Notes: generated from the sequence alone by a model not told the origin. Shown: positions 26,271-40,468, counted from the whole stretch's first letter. The stretch is 63,756 nt of DNA, filler included, from Choristocarpus tenellus KU-1152 (GCA_964200185.2; 10 parts of 10 records of this genome joined end to end with filler, not necessarily neighbours in it), one strand, 5' to 3'. Translations and numbers: made by a program.

Positions 26271-29200
26271 CCTTTTTTCCCTTTNNNNNNNNNNNNNNNN
26301 NNNNNNNNNNNNNNNNNNNNNNNNNNNNTTAATTAATTAANNNNNNNNNNNNNNNNNNNNNNNNNNNNNNNNNNNNNNNNNNNNTGCCCGAGTAAAAAGA
26401 CGGAAGGGGGGGGGGGGGAGGGGAGGGGGGGGGGGGGGGGGGGGGGGAGGGGATATTGCACAGTCCAACCCCACGCCTATTGTACAATCTATTTATCTAT
26501 ATATATATGGTATGTATGTGTTCGTATTCGGTTTTCAAGTCTAGTGTTTTTGTTCATCTTCTTCATTTGTAAAATTGCTATGTTGAGAAACGATCTGTTA
26601 TGCGAGCAGGTATTCTTGGGGTCTATTCATATCCCCCTTACCGTAATTTAGGGTATTTGACCTGACTCGAGGCTTCTAACCTTAACAACCGTACACCATG
26701 CATAAAGAAATAATAGGGTCAGGGTTACCGAGAAAAGGAGAAAACAAAAAGATGTCTTAAAATAAATTAAGGTTAGGGTTACTGAGAAACAAAAAAACAA
26801 AAAAAAAATGCACACATACAACAAAAAACATATTTACTGAGTGACGAGTTTCTTACGGAAGAGAAGTAGGTCTTCTTCTTCCAGGTACTCAATGAGCTTG
26901 TTGAAGAGTGCAACATAAGAGAAGTTATCGTCTCCTATATCCGAATCAAAATTTCATCATCATCCACTATCACTGCTCTCCTCTGCTACTTAGGTCCGTT
27001 TGGCAATACCTTCCACCTCGTCTTCTTTCTCCTCCTCCTCCTTCCATTATTCTAATTCTTCCTCACAGTCTCCAAGAAAATGACACAAAAGATGATGAAT
27101 TATGACGAGCAATATTTGTATACATACACAGCATACCAAAAAATAATCAAACAGAGCAAACATTTAGGAAATAAAGTCAAAATTGAATCAAGGCCCGGTT
27201 CTAACGACACTCAGAACATTTTCAGAATATCTGAAATTTCTCAGATGCTTTATAGGAAAGAGTCTTTATAAGTATATTAGACTAATCAGATTCTTTGAAG
27301 ATGAACTTGTTGTCGTTAGAATCGACCCAAATATCATTTGAGAAAAAAGAGGAAAGAAATGTGCGAAAATGAGTAGTCTTCAAGGAGACAAGCAAAAGCA
27401 TGGTAGTCCCTTAACAAATGTTGAAGAACTGAAAATTAGTAAGCAACGAGGTGAAAGGGGTAAAAGATCACACCCAGGAAATAGAATACAAATGAAAAGG
27501 AAGACCAGAAGGATATAATTTATACCTATATCAGAGGCAAGCCAAACAAAGGTCACAGAAAAGATTACGACATTTGTCTGTCAGACTAATATATTGCCAA
27601 TATAATCAACTGCACATACCAACGAGAAATCGGGTGTATGCTGGTGTTGCCCACAAGTACACTATTAAATTTGAAGATGTGCATATCATACCATGAACAT
27701 GACCCGTACTGGTGGTTGGGTTGTGCTTGAACAATATGAGTGAATGTAAGAGGGAACAGAGAACACCAATCGAGCCAGTCAAATATACTCGAAAATTGTA
27801 TCATTTCTCACATAATACTATACTTTGAAGTATGTAAGTGCCATGTACCGCCACAATTCAGTCCAGTGAATAGCATGGGGTGGAGCTCCCTGACTGCCAG
27901 GTTGAAGTCTCAAGGACAATTGAAATAGAAAAATGAACAAATTCAAGATTACCACGATGTCTTGCATATTGCCTTGAGACTCGAAGCTTCCTTCATGTGT
28001 AGTCTTTCGACAGAGACAAGTGTTGTGTGGGTGGTTCCATGGCATCTCCACCAGTTTTGTTTTATGTTGAGGCCTATGCAGGAATGTCATCCTATGGGGT
28101 GGTAACCAATATTGTGGGGTTGCCAAATTTGACTGTACACTTGTGTGGTATCTCTGAATGTTAAAAGCAGCTGAGTCAGATGCACACTACGGATACACAC
28201 AACTAGTTCAAGTGGCATGTTTTCTCTTAGAAATCTTGGGTTATATAATCCAATGTACCAGAGTGTCCAATATTGAAATACGATGTACTATCACTTCAGA
28301 GTGGTACCAAATACCAGACAAAGCAGCCTCGTCATGGTTGTGACACACACCCATCACCCACCAGCTCCTTACATACGCCACAGGTACAATGCGAGTATTG
28401 TGCTTTGTACAAGTCCCAGTATATTACCATGCGCCCCTCCCTTTATTGCATGTTCAAAAATATAAGGGATTATATATGACTGGAGGGGTGTGTATGCTAC
28501 CATCATCACTTCGTTCCCGGCTGCTGCTTCAACACATGTCAGCCTTCCAGTCCAGTAAGTCATGCTCATCGAGTTTTATTGCCATCAACAATCCAGTCTC
28601 AGACATGTTTAAACACCACAGCTCCTGGTATGTGGATACCCCCTCCTGCCTCACCAATTTACCCCAAGAAATATTTCCCTTCATATCAACACTACGTGCT
28701 GCTTCTTCTAAGATGCGAATGTACCATGTCACAACAAATGTGATGTACCTGACTACACTTTCAAGCACATACAGCAGCATGCAACACATCTACTTTAAAC
28801 GGACATTTCTTGCTTGAGCACGGCTCGGCAGAAGTATCGATAAAATCTCCAGGTTTGGATCCCTCTCCTCTCCCCATGCACAGAGTTCTTCCTACACACC
28901 CACATCTAACTACCTCACATATCAATATACTACCCCAGGCATGAGTCGACGGGGTAGCACAATTCCAGATGGGCACTTATACGGACATCTAACAAGAAAG
29001 CCCCCGAGCATGTGTGACCCTCTCGGGCCCACAGGGTCGCGTTGCTCTGGCCGCCAGCTTTGGCGGCGAACCATGGCTACCTGAGTCCCACAGACTGGGG
29101 GAGCGGTGTTATTGTGAGCTGAAGTTCGCCCCATCTCCCTCAACACCTGACGAGAGGTATTCACTTTATTCCAAGTGTGCATCACGGATTTCCCACCGGT

Positions 29201-31904
29201 GGTCTCCATCCACTTGATTCGAAGACAACAGGCAAGGAGTACATTCATCACCGGCCACATCAAAGGGTCGAGGGCGAAATAGGGAGAAGGGGGAATGAAT
29301 TACTCTAGTGTAGAGCAGACTACTGTAAATTACAGTATTTGTATTTCATCGCTAATATCGGCATAGATGCGCCATTGCCATACTCTGTTGGCGGTAGATC
29401 TTCAATATGTTCCTGAAATGGCTGTGTGGATGTCCAAGTGATGTACCACTAGGTCTACCAAATATTCGGAAGAAATTTCTCAATCGGGACTACAGCCCTT
29501 GGGAATCACCCAGAATTCAAACCATCAATACATTGCGAGCCTCACCTGGTTGCCAGTCATCCCAGACAACGTCCTGCAGGCCTCATCTGCTTGTCGCAAA
29601 ATATCCTCCACGACAAGGGATTGATGGAATAGTGTGACAGGCACATCACTCTTCCTTCGCCTGAAATGGGGGTTGGTTGGACGTGGGGGGTTCAGAGGAG
29701 TACAGACTCGTTTGAGTGGTGAAGATATTGAGCAGCTCCACAGCTGACGTTGCACAGAGGAGGTTGTCCACCAAGACATCATCGGGCCATGGACTTTCAA
29801 TAGTGCGGTGGTGGTAATACAAGACGACACGTCTAAAGTCCTCGGGACCTTAATAGAGACAAGCTTATTCATCCTCACCTTATCAGAGGTCGTGCCGTCC
29901 TCTTCACGGTCTCCAATACAGTAAGGACGTCGGCCGCGATGCCATCAACTTCATTTTCACCAGAGTTGGTGTTGCCCCCGACCTTCGCGCTAATTCTAGA
30001 TACATGCGAACTAGCTAAACGAAGTGCTTCTGACAGGTTGTCGGCGCCGTTCATAGCAGCGACCATATTCCGAAGCGCTGTAAGAAGCCACACATTGATG
30101 GTCCGATTCTTACGAGATGTTTGGACTTCTTCTTGGTTCACCCCGAATGTGTCGTCAGAGGGACCGTTCGAAGTCCCAGGGCATGAAAGAAGTATTGGAG
30201 TGAGGACCTGCGTGTTACGTACAGTTTGGCAAAACAGGAGGATTTGTTGATGGTCGAACCCAGTGGGGAACCCAATCGGGGGTGCCAGAAAGGACGGGTC
30301 AGAGGTCAGAAGGGAGGTATGCGGGTCGAGTCAGAGGTTTCAATATCCCTTGGATCATCCGCAACACATTGACGACGACACTAAACATTGGCGAGGCATT
30401 GGTTTTAGGTAAGGTCTGATCCTCCTATCAAACCTCCTAGCACAGGACCGAGGGGGGATGAACACCAGGCACTATCGAAGGCTTGTCCTTATCCTTTGAA
30501 GAAATATCTTTATCTTCTCGAGGTGCGTAGCGACGAGTTGACAGAGGGTATCGATAAATTCCCTCGTCGGGATGGAAGGTGTGGCGTTAATCCACGCTGC
30601 TGTGATGATCCCCAGTAGGACCAAGAAGACGAGGTGGGGGAGGACAGGCGTGAAGATGAGGGCCCACATGAGCGATTCTTGCGACATTTTGGTGAACCTT
30701 CTTCACACTCCCCAGAATTGTGTACGCACGTGTCCTTTGCTTCGACTAGTCACTTGGGGTATGATGCGTATAGTCGAAGTCGGAGCAAAGCGATTGTGTT
30801 TGATGTGTGATTTTGAGAAACAATTGAGATTGATTGGTGAGAAGAGCGAAACGCTAAAATCGTTTTCTTGTCGGTTATTGTATGTAGAATAATACTTAAT
30901 AATGGTGAATGGAGAGAAGAGAACAACTCTCCTTCTAATGAAACAATTCCAAGACTAGTTTTATATGTAAGAGATAAGTACAGTGTATTGTGAATATTTC
31001 TTACTTGACCGAATTCCAGACTTTACAGAATAGAGGTGTTTTGGCGAGGTGTATGTATGATGAATGATTCTACTGTGGAGTATTGATAACACAGTTTATA
31101 AGGCGAAATATGAATATAATAATATAGATTTTGAAGAGGTATCTCTTGCGTCAACGACAACTGGTACTTTTATGGTGTGTAGATATGATTTTGGTTTGGA
31201 TTTCTCCCTGACACCATCTACAAAATGTCAGAGAAAATATCATATCTTAGTACAATAGAATTATATTAGTATGTGAAGGAAAGAAGCAGGGACGGACTGC
31301 AATTTTCTAGGTACTCCAAAACACTATTATTTCTTATGGTTTGCGTGAGTATGGAGGTACGCAAGAAGTTGGATTGATTGTCAGTGAAGAATGATTGAAA
31401 CTAGTATGTTCTTAGAGGCTTAATAACAATAAAATGTTGTGGTAAATGTGAACATGTATCTCTAAAATCTATTTGCTATTTGAATACCAGGTATACTACA
31501 AGCACTCCCTTAGATCTCGGAATTTTTCAATGTTATGGGTACATGGCTGGTAGACCTCCAAGCTAGGTTAGCCCTACACAACAAGTGGGAGTGGATCTGG
31601 GGAAACATGCCAAGAATCTAACAGGTCTTGGCTCGAATTTGGGTATAAGTTCTTTTGACCAGAAATTATTGTATTCTATAGTACAAACTTGATTTTTGTG
31701 ATACATCTACCAAGGAAAAGATGTGTTTTGTGCTTTTCAGAAGGAAACCGTTTGGTTCGTAGACCTTACTTCCATTTTAATGATGCTAACACTATTTTCT
31801 TGTCATATAACTCGAATCATGTGTATATAGTAACCAACAAGGTTGTATGGACAAATCGGGATTTCTACATCATTTCTCAAACATTAATTGTACTCAACAA
31901 AAAT

Positions 31905-31929
31905 TGTACCCTCTAAGATACTTTCACTC
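31905..31929 (+). mobile_element. Isolated family-A right TIR
   Basis: TGTACCCTCTAAGATACTTTCACTC, with a different interior upstream. Confidence 0.7.
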
Positions 31930-33895
31930 TTACAATGATGAACAGAGGTTGTCCACATTTAAAATCTTCAATTATTAGAAGCATCGGAGCCAACTGTGTG
32001 GATCGGTTATGGTAGTATTTTATTCTCTTAAAAGTTGTTGATTGCTAAGGTATAGCCACGTTCTCTCCTAAGATGTCAATTACGTGAAGTCACTGACCCT
32101 TGTTTCATACGCTTGAATACGGCATACACTGGGTTTTGCTCTTACGCGAAAATTCGTTCAGACGAGTGAGTAGCAGGCACTTTCCGCTCTCTCATTTGAG
32201 GCAAAGTAAACGAGAGGTACTCAGGTTTTGGTCATTTTGCATTTCAAGCCAGTTTTGCAATCTTCTCCAAAAATCGCCGATATTTCTATGAATGAAGTAT
32301 CAAGTTTTTGACTCGAGAGTGTTGATTTCTCTCTGGTTTGAGACTTTTTTTGGACAGAATCCAGAAAATATCCTTTACGCTCTTGTATTAAACATATTTT
32401 GGAGTATTTGTCAGTATCCCTAAAATGCAACTCTGGGGTCCTCTTGTTTACTTTGACTCTTTGGCTTCAATATATGGAAAAGAACAATAATAATATAAAT
32501 ATATGGTGTGTCCTCAACTTGGGAGGCATCTAAATGTACAGTGCATCAAAATTTGTCTTAGCTTACACAACTAATTTTTAATAACATATCTTCACATATA
32601 TGTGTAGCCATCATTCTAACATCTTTGGTTCTCGCCAGATCAGGGAGAAAAAGGACTCGTGATACACACTATTGAGATGTTTTTGTCAAAAAGAGGTACG
32701 GGCATGGCAGGAAAAACCTCAAGGGAGGTATAACCCAAGCCTCCAAAAACAACCTTCCTCTTTCTCTGTATCATCTGGAGCAGGGCAGGTCGACCAGAAG
32801 GTCAACAAACATTATTCTTCAATCTTAGAAATTTCTTTGCCATTGATACACTATCCTTCCTCCTACCTTACTAATGTACTTTGCATGTTTAAGAATCAGT
32901 TCTCCTCTCTCTACTTACACACTCCTTGTGAAATTTAGTATTACTTCTAAGGCGTTATTTCAGCAGGGATTTGAGAAAATGAGAGTTCAACTGTAGTTCT
33001 GCAGGTATAACTTGGGATGAGGAGCAGATAATGAAAAACAACAAAGCGATTGAGAAGTAGATTCAGCGAGGGGGGGGCAGCGCCTACATATCACAGAACT
33101 CCTCCTCTTAGGGTAAGTGTACTGTCAATCGGGGGTTATTTCTCAATCCTCAAAAGGCCACAGCAGGATGTACCAGACAGAATCGACAAATGCAGCTGTA
33201 TATCCCTCCAAGGGGTACAAGGAACTGGTAATTCTGACAAGCAATAGTAATGTGAACTATCTATGGTGGTGAGATGTTACGATGGAGGGCAAAGACTGTG
33301 GAGCAACAGGACCATCACCACTATTTCGCAGTTGGAGGTGGGATAATTCTGAACACACGTAGGGCGCATCACCTTGACAGTGAGGGGTAGTCTTCAAACC
33401 TAGGATGGGCATTATTCTTATTATTATATTGTACTCTCTCTATCTCTCTCTCTTACATTTTTTTTTTGTGGGAGGGGTTCTTATATTCCTATCAAACACA
33501 AAAATATATATGAGAAGAAGGATCATAATTTTTTTTTGTATNNNNNNNNNNNNNNNNNNNNNNNNNNNNNNNNNNNNNNNNNNNNTTAATTAATTAANNN
33601 NNNNNNNNNNNNNNNNNNNNNNNNNNNNNNNNNNNNNNNNNGTTGGAAGAAAATGTGAATTTATATGGGCTGGGGTTTGGTTTGGTACGCAATGGTTGTG
33701 GGGGGGGGGGTGTGGTGGGTCTACATCAGGGTGTCTATTTGGACCAATGTCTTCCAAACAGAAGGAAAAACAGGCATTGTACAACTTTGCACTGAAAGCT
33801 GTGTTATGGGCAGTAACAATGCCCAGTTATCCTCAGCAACAAAGATATACAATGCTAGCATAGAATGCAATGTAGTATGTACTCGGCCAAATAAA

Positions 33896-34061
33896 TTTAA
33901 GAGGGTAGGAATTTTGCCCGGTTTGTCCGTTCGGGACTTGGCTTCTCACGGGTTTTTATGCCCTTTTTCAGTTTTCAAAACAATTCGGAGTAGGTAAAAC
34001 GTATACGACAATAACAACAGGTGTATCCAGACCAAGGATATTGACATTTGCTAACTAACAC
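33896..34061 (-). mobile_element. Degenerate family-A fragment, cut by the foldback element at 34066
   Basis: gagggtaggaattttgcccggtttgtccgttcgggacttggcttc...aaggatattgacatttgctaac matches the reverse complement of family A. Confidence 0.7.
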
Positions 34062-34065
34062 TATA

Positions 34066-34421
34066 TAGTGTTGGCAGTCACTTCTGGGATGAGACCAATC
34101 TTGATTGTTTTGAAAGGGTTGGCCAACGAGTTAAACGGCGATCAGCGTATGAAATGAACGCTCTGGATCTAAGCTATCGATTTCCGGAAACGTATTATTT
34201 CAAAAAAATATTGATATACGTTAAAGTTTAACCTAATGTTTTTGGCACAATCTTGGAGATGTTCCGGAATGAATTATCACAATCAAATATATTTTTAACA
34301 GAAGAATTACTTTGCGTAAATCGATAGGCTAGATCCAGAGCTTTCATTTGATATGGTGATAGTCGATTAACTCGTTGGCCAACCCTTTCAAAACAGTCAA
34401 GATTGGTCACCGCCAAAACGG
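34066..34421. mobile_element. Foldback MITE with long TIRs and TA flanks (Tc1/mariner-like, non-autonomous)
   Basis: ~90-bp inverted arms at 34093-34182 and 34318-34408, extendable to TA|tagtgttggcagt...accgccaaaacgg|TA. Confidence 0.75.
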
Positions 34422-35149
34422 TACGTGGGCTAACCTCCACCCGGAGAGTATGGACGTTGTTGTCTCTCCATTCTCTTTCCATTCTTTCCCATCCCCGTGT
34501 TTGTCCACGGTTTAAAATCGATTTTTTATTCATTTATTCATTTTTTTCCCCCCATTTTGTTTCTAATTGATTAGAACATCTATGTGATATGCTGTTGAAT
34601 TTAATATACATACGTATGAGTTGTAACCTGATCGAACTGCTGGTTACCTCTGTACCTGAAAGGCGGTGATTGCAATGTAGGAGTTCGATGGGGGAACTGG
34701 TGAAGCAAGTGAGTCATGGTTGTGAGGTTGTATACAATTCTACTAAATATGCTATAATATTGATGATGTGTACAATACTACTCGGACTACATAGTAAATC
34801 AAGTAAGTCAAGGTTGTATGGTTTTATGCTACTCTACTGAATATACTACTGTGTTGGCAATATATACTATACTATGTAGCGAATAAAGTTAAGCATGCTG
34901 ATACAATTACAAAAAAAACGAATTTTCAAGAAAAGATTTGTTGTTAATCAAAAGTTATGGCACTACAAATTTGATCCATCCAAAATTAAACAAAATCCTA
35001 AGATAGGATTTTGGACCACAAATGGACATGGCCCTACCCTCTTAAATGCTTTGACTCACTCTCTAACGGAGTATTCCTTGGGTGTGATATGGTGTGGTTT
35101 TGCTTTTCTTGTAATCAAAGACAGAGTGCGACTCTGCAACAATACTGTT

Positions 35150-36700
35150 TTCAAATTTAGTACCTTGATCAGAGTGTAACAACTCGGGTGGGCCAATACA
35201 CGTTCTAACAGCATACTACAATTGTTGCGGCCTCTTTGCTTGGAACAGGGCTCAGCGTAACAAAACGAGTGAGGAGATCAATGGTAGACAACACGTACGA
35301 GCACATGACACCATTTGCTGTTGGGGAACTTGTTTTTTGTACTCTACCAAATCAATGGGCATATTACCAGTGGGAAGCGTAGCTTTGTTATGAATAGTCT
35401 CACGGGTTTGACATGGCTGACAACCACAGTAGCATGTACGAACGTCAATATTGAACGTTGGCCACCAATACGAGTAGACGTCTCTAACCTTATCGAACAT
35501 GAATTTTGAAACCTAAATGGTCTCCAGACAATGCATGGTCATGGCAACTGTGGAGTACAAGATCGACAAATAGACGAGGAGCGACTAACTAGTCTCTAAA
35601 AACATGCTCCTCTTGCAAAGATGGCCTGGGAAAAATACGAACGATATGTCATCGTTTCCTTATCAGGTGGTGGGGAGATGTTGAGGGACTGCAAATACCT
35701 GAAATTTGGTCCGAACTCAGATTCCTGCCCCTTGCGCAATTGTTCCGGGTCCATTGTAGCGAACACGGTAGTGGAACTAGTATATAGTTCACGATCACTT
35801 TGGACGGGTGTTGCTCTTGCCTATCAAGGATTGCACCGAAGGCCTCCATGACACTATTATCAAGAAGTATTTTATTGGGAGCAAGTTGAGGAATCGCTCC
35901 ACTTCTGTTCGGAGACATTGGTTTCTCGTTGGGGTGGGACGAGTCCGAACAAGGAAACAGCATGGGAGGGGGTGACCGTGTTACTAATAAACCTTCTGGA
36001 CACCTTTCCACAACATTCAAGGTTAGACCCATAGTATTCTAGAGGGGGGGTCAAGCGTCTATTGGGGCCCTGTGTGACCCAGTAGTAGTGATCTCCATGT
36101 AACTTGAGTGAATGTGTCAGACGTAAGCACATTTTTAAAAATCTGAACGCACCTTCCTTTTCAATCCCCCTGCCTGAACCTAAGTCAAAGGAAAATCACC
36201 TGAAAAAAGGACACCAAACTGGGATATCTTGCAACAACTCATCGGACCCTGAATGGATAACCTGGGCTAAACAACCCCCCCCCTCTAGGATAGTATGGCC
36301 CTTATTGGAACAAGGTTGTCAGGGCACGACTGTAATGTGGGCAAATCGCGAGAGAAACACCATTCTACAGTATAAGCCAGGGTCTGAAATGTTTTTTCAG
36401 TCCGGGCAGGAATAATTTTTTGTCAAAATTTGCAGCGAGCATCAATTGTCTCAGGGGATGTTTGACCGTACTGAGGGGAATGTAGAGTGATTGTGACATG
36501 CCATTTCATGAATAAAAAGCAGCAAATCTTCTTCTCCAGAACCTGTGATTGCCAGGCCAGTTGGGATCTCCAAAGTGGAACATCTAGAATAATTCCCTTC
36601 AGACGTTGAGCGTGAGTGTGAGACATTGCTACCGTTCTCGACAGGTCTTACATTATAAGCAAAATGACCCCGAGCCTGAAGCTTCAAGAGATGCTGAAGT
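35150..36700 (-). mobile_element. Ty3/Gypsy relic (protease region and integrase zinc-binding domain)
   Basis: ILLDNSVMEAFGAILD, similar to ~1900. H2C2 motif DHALSGDHLG...YWWPTFNIDVR...CQPCQ. Confidence 0.8.
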
Positions 36701-37123
36701 CATGCAGGTGGCACGGCATTAGTTCTCACGCACTCGTTAATGTGCTACACAACAAATGTGGGAATAGCATTGCCGAACTGTGCCTGCATAGTGGCCACCT
36801 CACAAGCAGTTGAACATCGGGAAGAAACAGGACTGTCCAGAAAAATGAAACGACAAGTGTCATGGTCGGTTGAGCTGACACGATGTTAGGGGGTCAACGA
36901 CAAGGTTCCTGCATGACCACGACAATTTATTAAGGAAGATGGGTCAAAGTATCTGGGGGGGGGGGGGGGGGGGGGGGGTCTGGTTTTTCCCCTTTTTTTT
37001 TTTTTTTTTTTTTTTGTTGTTTTNNNNNNNNNNNNNNNNNNNNNNNNNNNNNNNNNNNNNNNNNNNNTTAATTAATTAANNNNNNNNNNNNNNNNNNNNN
37101 NNNNNNNNNNNNNNNNNNNNNNN

Positions 37124-37195
37124 CAAACAAAAAACGCGACATGAAAAAATTGACCCCAAATGGACAGCTGCCACCCCCCCCAGATACTTTGAGCC
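37124..37195 (+). mobile_element. MITE family B right end at a contig start
   Basis: CGCGACATGAAAAAATTGACCCCAAATGGACAG...(C)nAGATACTTTGAGCC. Confidence 0.85.
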
Positions 37196-37618
37196 TTTGT
37201 GCATATAGTTTCCTCTATATATTGATACTGTGAAATGTATTTTAAAAAACGTTTGTACTGCGTACCCACCACTGGCCGGCGTATTAATCATTACTTATAC
37301 ACACACTTGTTAATACTTACTACAAACGATGCAACAGCAAGACAGCAACTCTCTTCAACCTCTTCAATCTCAAACCAGTAATGAGAACAAGGGGTAGAAC
37401 CTCTCACCTTTTCACATAGGGTTAAAATAAGAGAACTTACAACACCTTAAAAAAATAAAATATTGAATACCATTGGATTCATGTAAGGACAAATAACAAC
37501 TTTTGGGTTCTTGGCAACAAAAGCACCCTTCCTTGTGCACAACTAGTAAGGTTGAGTGGGCCCCCATCAATAAGTAGAATATTGATTCTTTGAATTGAAA
37601 GGAGTGGGGGCCAAGTCT

Positions 37619-37791
37619 GACCCAAAGTATCTGGGGGGGGGGTCTACACCAGGGTGTTTATTTGGACCAAAATCAGGAACAGTGCATTTACATTATCCAT
37701 CTGACGTATGGAACCAAATCACCCAAAAATCGCGACATGAAAAATTTGACCCCAAATGGACAGCCGCAACCCCCCCCAGATACTTTCAGCC
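37619..37791 (+). mobile_element. MITE family B, complete copy (173 bp)
   Basis: GACCCAAAGTATCTG(G)n...(C)nAGATACTTTCAGCC; 3-bp TSD TCT. Further B ends at 44533 and 57248, and a fragment at ~33700-33780. Confidence 0.92.
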
Positions 37792-38962
37792 TCTGTGATT
37801 AGCTATATATTTATATATACTTCATACATATAATGGAAAGGGGGACACAATGATATGAAAAAGGACCAACTCTTACACTTTGGAAAAAATCCACTATTAG
37901 TTACTTGTCACATAAAAGATATCACTAGATAGCAATGCACAGACCCAAAAACCCTCCCCACCCCCCAAACTTGTCTTGAAAGGAGCACAGGCACAAAAAC
38001 GGTTTTCATAAATACACTGCAGGCGTTATCCTAATGGATTTCTTGAGCTTTGGTCGTTCTGTAATCCCCCAAGTATCTTTCCAGGAGAACAACACAACGT
38101 ACTAGTGTACAGACCGTAATCCCATGGAGGGGATAGGGATAGCCCTCACAGCATTAAACAGCCTTGATTCAAAATGCCCAGGCATGGAGGGGTTTATCTT
38201 GTGTACTCGAGTCATCATCCTCGACATCAATGTCATTACTATGACTACAATTCTTGCAACTATTGTAGTAACTTTCTTGCTGACAAATACACCAACTGTT
38301 GTTGGTGCATCTCATGGACCTCTGGTGTTGTTGAGTTAGCAGCAGTTGTACACTTCAAATACATAATACATAGATACATACATAGATACATATACATTAT
38401 GCAATTCTAACTGAAAAAAGACTTGTGAGTACTTAATCACTTCAAAAAAGTCCCCTTTTGTAACCCAACCACCAAAATCAACCCCCTGCATGGGACCAAC
38501 CAATTCTTCATGTGTAAGGAGAAGAGCGAGAACCGCTCAACGCGTAGGGAACATTCTCGACAGGGTGTGAGAAAATAACCAACCAATCAAGTCAGAGCAT
38601 TTCACTCATCATACATCGGTCTATCCTTTGAACAGATTAATGGAATTGAGATCAAACCGCTGATATTCACAACCCCAAAAGAATAACCCCCCCCCAAAAA
38701 ACATCACACAATAATATGACAGCTTCCGACACGATTAACAATTCTTTTTCTTCCTTTTGACTATTTCCAACATATCGAATCAGCAAGATACAACCTTCTC
38801 GGAGCATGTGTCTCTTGGCCTAGGGTAATCATCAAATATCCCACAGTTAAGGTATATCGAGACTGTTTGAAAAACTATCTAAGGGGGGGGGGGGGGGGGG
38901 GGGAGGGGGGGGGAGGGAGGAGGGGGGCAGGTAAGGGTCACACAAAAAAAATGAAAAAAATG

Positions 38963-38994
<32 letters not shown>

Positions 38995-39118
38995 AGAGAG
39001 GGGGGGGGGGAGGGAGGGGGGGGAGGAGGGAGGAGGGAGGAGGGGGGCAGGTAAGGGTCACACAAAAAAATTGAAAAAATTGAAAAAAAACAAGGGAACT
39101 GCACTCTCTGACCCTCAC

Positions 39119-39210
39119 CAGCCCAACTGGTGGTGAGGTGTATCGAAGCTCTCTCTCTTCCCCCAAGAATCTTGCCACGGCATCCTTGTACGCTTCTGCC
39201 GCATTGTCTC
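39119..39210 (-). CDS. minD: MinD-like ATPase, C-terminal exon (probably organelle-targeted)
   Basis: cag|GA-DNAAEAYKDAVARFLGEERELRYTSPPVGL|gtgagg resembles the proteobacterial MinD C-terminus (AGxAYxDxVxRLLGEERPxRF). Other exons were not located. Confidence 0.65.
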
Positions 39211-39423
39211 CTGGTCAGGGTTAGGGTTTTGGGTCTATAGGTTAGGGTTAGGGATCGGTATGAGTGTGATTGTGCAGCGCAAAGCAATGGTAATATTGAG
39301 GGAGGTAGGGGAAGTGACAGGGGCGGGGGCGGGGAGGAAGGCGTCCTAACCTCCGAATGTGACATGTAGATCATCATTCCTTTGACAATTCAGTGCGTTG
39401 TTGTTGCTCTTGTGTCACCTAAT

Positions 39424-39484
39424 GATGTGATGTGATGTGATGTGATGTGATGTGATATGACATGATATGATATGATATGATATG
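39424..39484 (+). repeat. (TGTGA)n/(TATGA)n microsatellite
   Basis: Read directly. Confidence 0.9.
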
Positions 39485-40229
39485 GTAGTTCTCAGTAACC
39501 CTGGTAGATGATCATAAAAGGTAATCGCGGCGATAACATGAACAGCAACAAGAAAAAAATAGTAAAAAACAAAACTCCGGTGCGAAAGAATAGAGAGGAT
39601 ACAGACATGACGGTTGGGAGGTGTACCTTAAACAAACTAAGAAAACACACGCACACACACCACTATTGTCATTATTAATATAATTTGTCGTAACACTGAT
39701 ATATCACAGAGGGATGATCGAATTGAGGGGTGGGTGTGGGTGTAGAGGGAGGAGGAGGGCGATTGTGTTTATATATATATATATTAAAATGATTCCTATG
39801 AGAGTGATTTCTTGTAATAGTTGGAGTTGCAGCATACGAACAAATGCAGGGAATGCAGCAGGGCTTGAATAAGGTGTGGAAATAATCTGTGTGTGGGTTG
39901 TACCACTAGAATGTTCCAGGAATGTTCTACATGCTGTGACACACGCATAGGGAACACTAGAAGAGTCATCCTACAGTGGAATGCCATATATATATATTTT
40001 TTTAATGATATTTCGGAGGTGGTGAAGTGGTAGTGAGTGCTCCCTGTACTTTAACATAAGCTCCGCGTGCTCTGCTCCATCATATGATATGATATGATAT
40101 CATCCATCATATCTACCACATGTACAACATGTATCACATCAATAAATAAAAAACTAAATCATTAGTAAAAACATGGTCAGAGCGTATTTTCCAACTTCCT
40201 AACAAACATCACTCCAGAGTACTAACAGA

Positions 40230-40468
40230 CATCATACAAATAATTCAACAATACATTCAGAACCATTATCAGCATCCAATGAAAATTCATCATGCAAATA
40301 AATCAACAATACATTCAGAACCATTATCAGTGTCCAATGAAAACTCATCATGCAAATAAATCAACAATGCATTTAAAGAACCATTATCAGCGTCCAATGA
40401 AAACTCATCATGCAAATAAATCAACAATGCATTTATAGAACCATTATCAGCGTCCAATGAAAACTCGT
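40230..40468 (+). repeat. ~59-60 bp tandem repeat x4
   Basis: catcatgcaaataaatcaacaat(a/g)catt...gaaccattatcagcgtccaatgaaaact. Confidence 0.92.

Noticed and set aside
38881-39090. Duplicated G-run/A-run block giving poly-K, poly-F and poly-P ORFs
   Set aside because: Low-complexity sequence, probably intronic or a homopolymer assembly artefact.
40230-40468. CRISPR-like periodicity of ~60 bp (also 5710-5808 and 6301-6625)
   Set aside because: Whole units repeat with no unique spacers; these are ordinary minisatellites, with no cas genes and a eukaryotic context.
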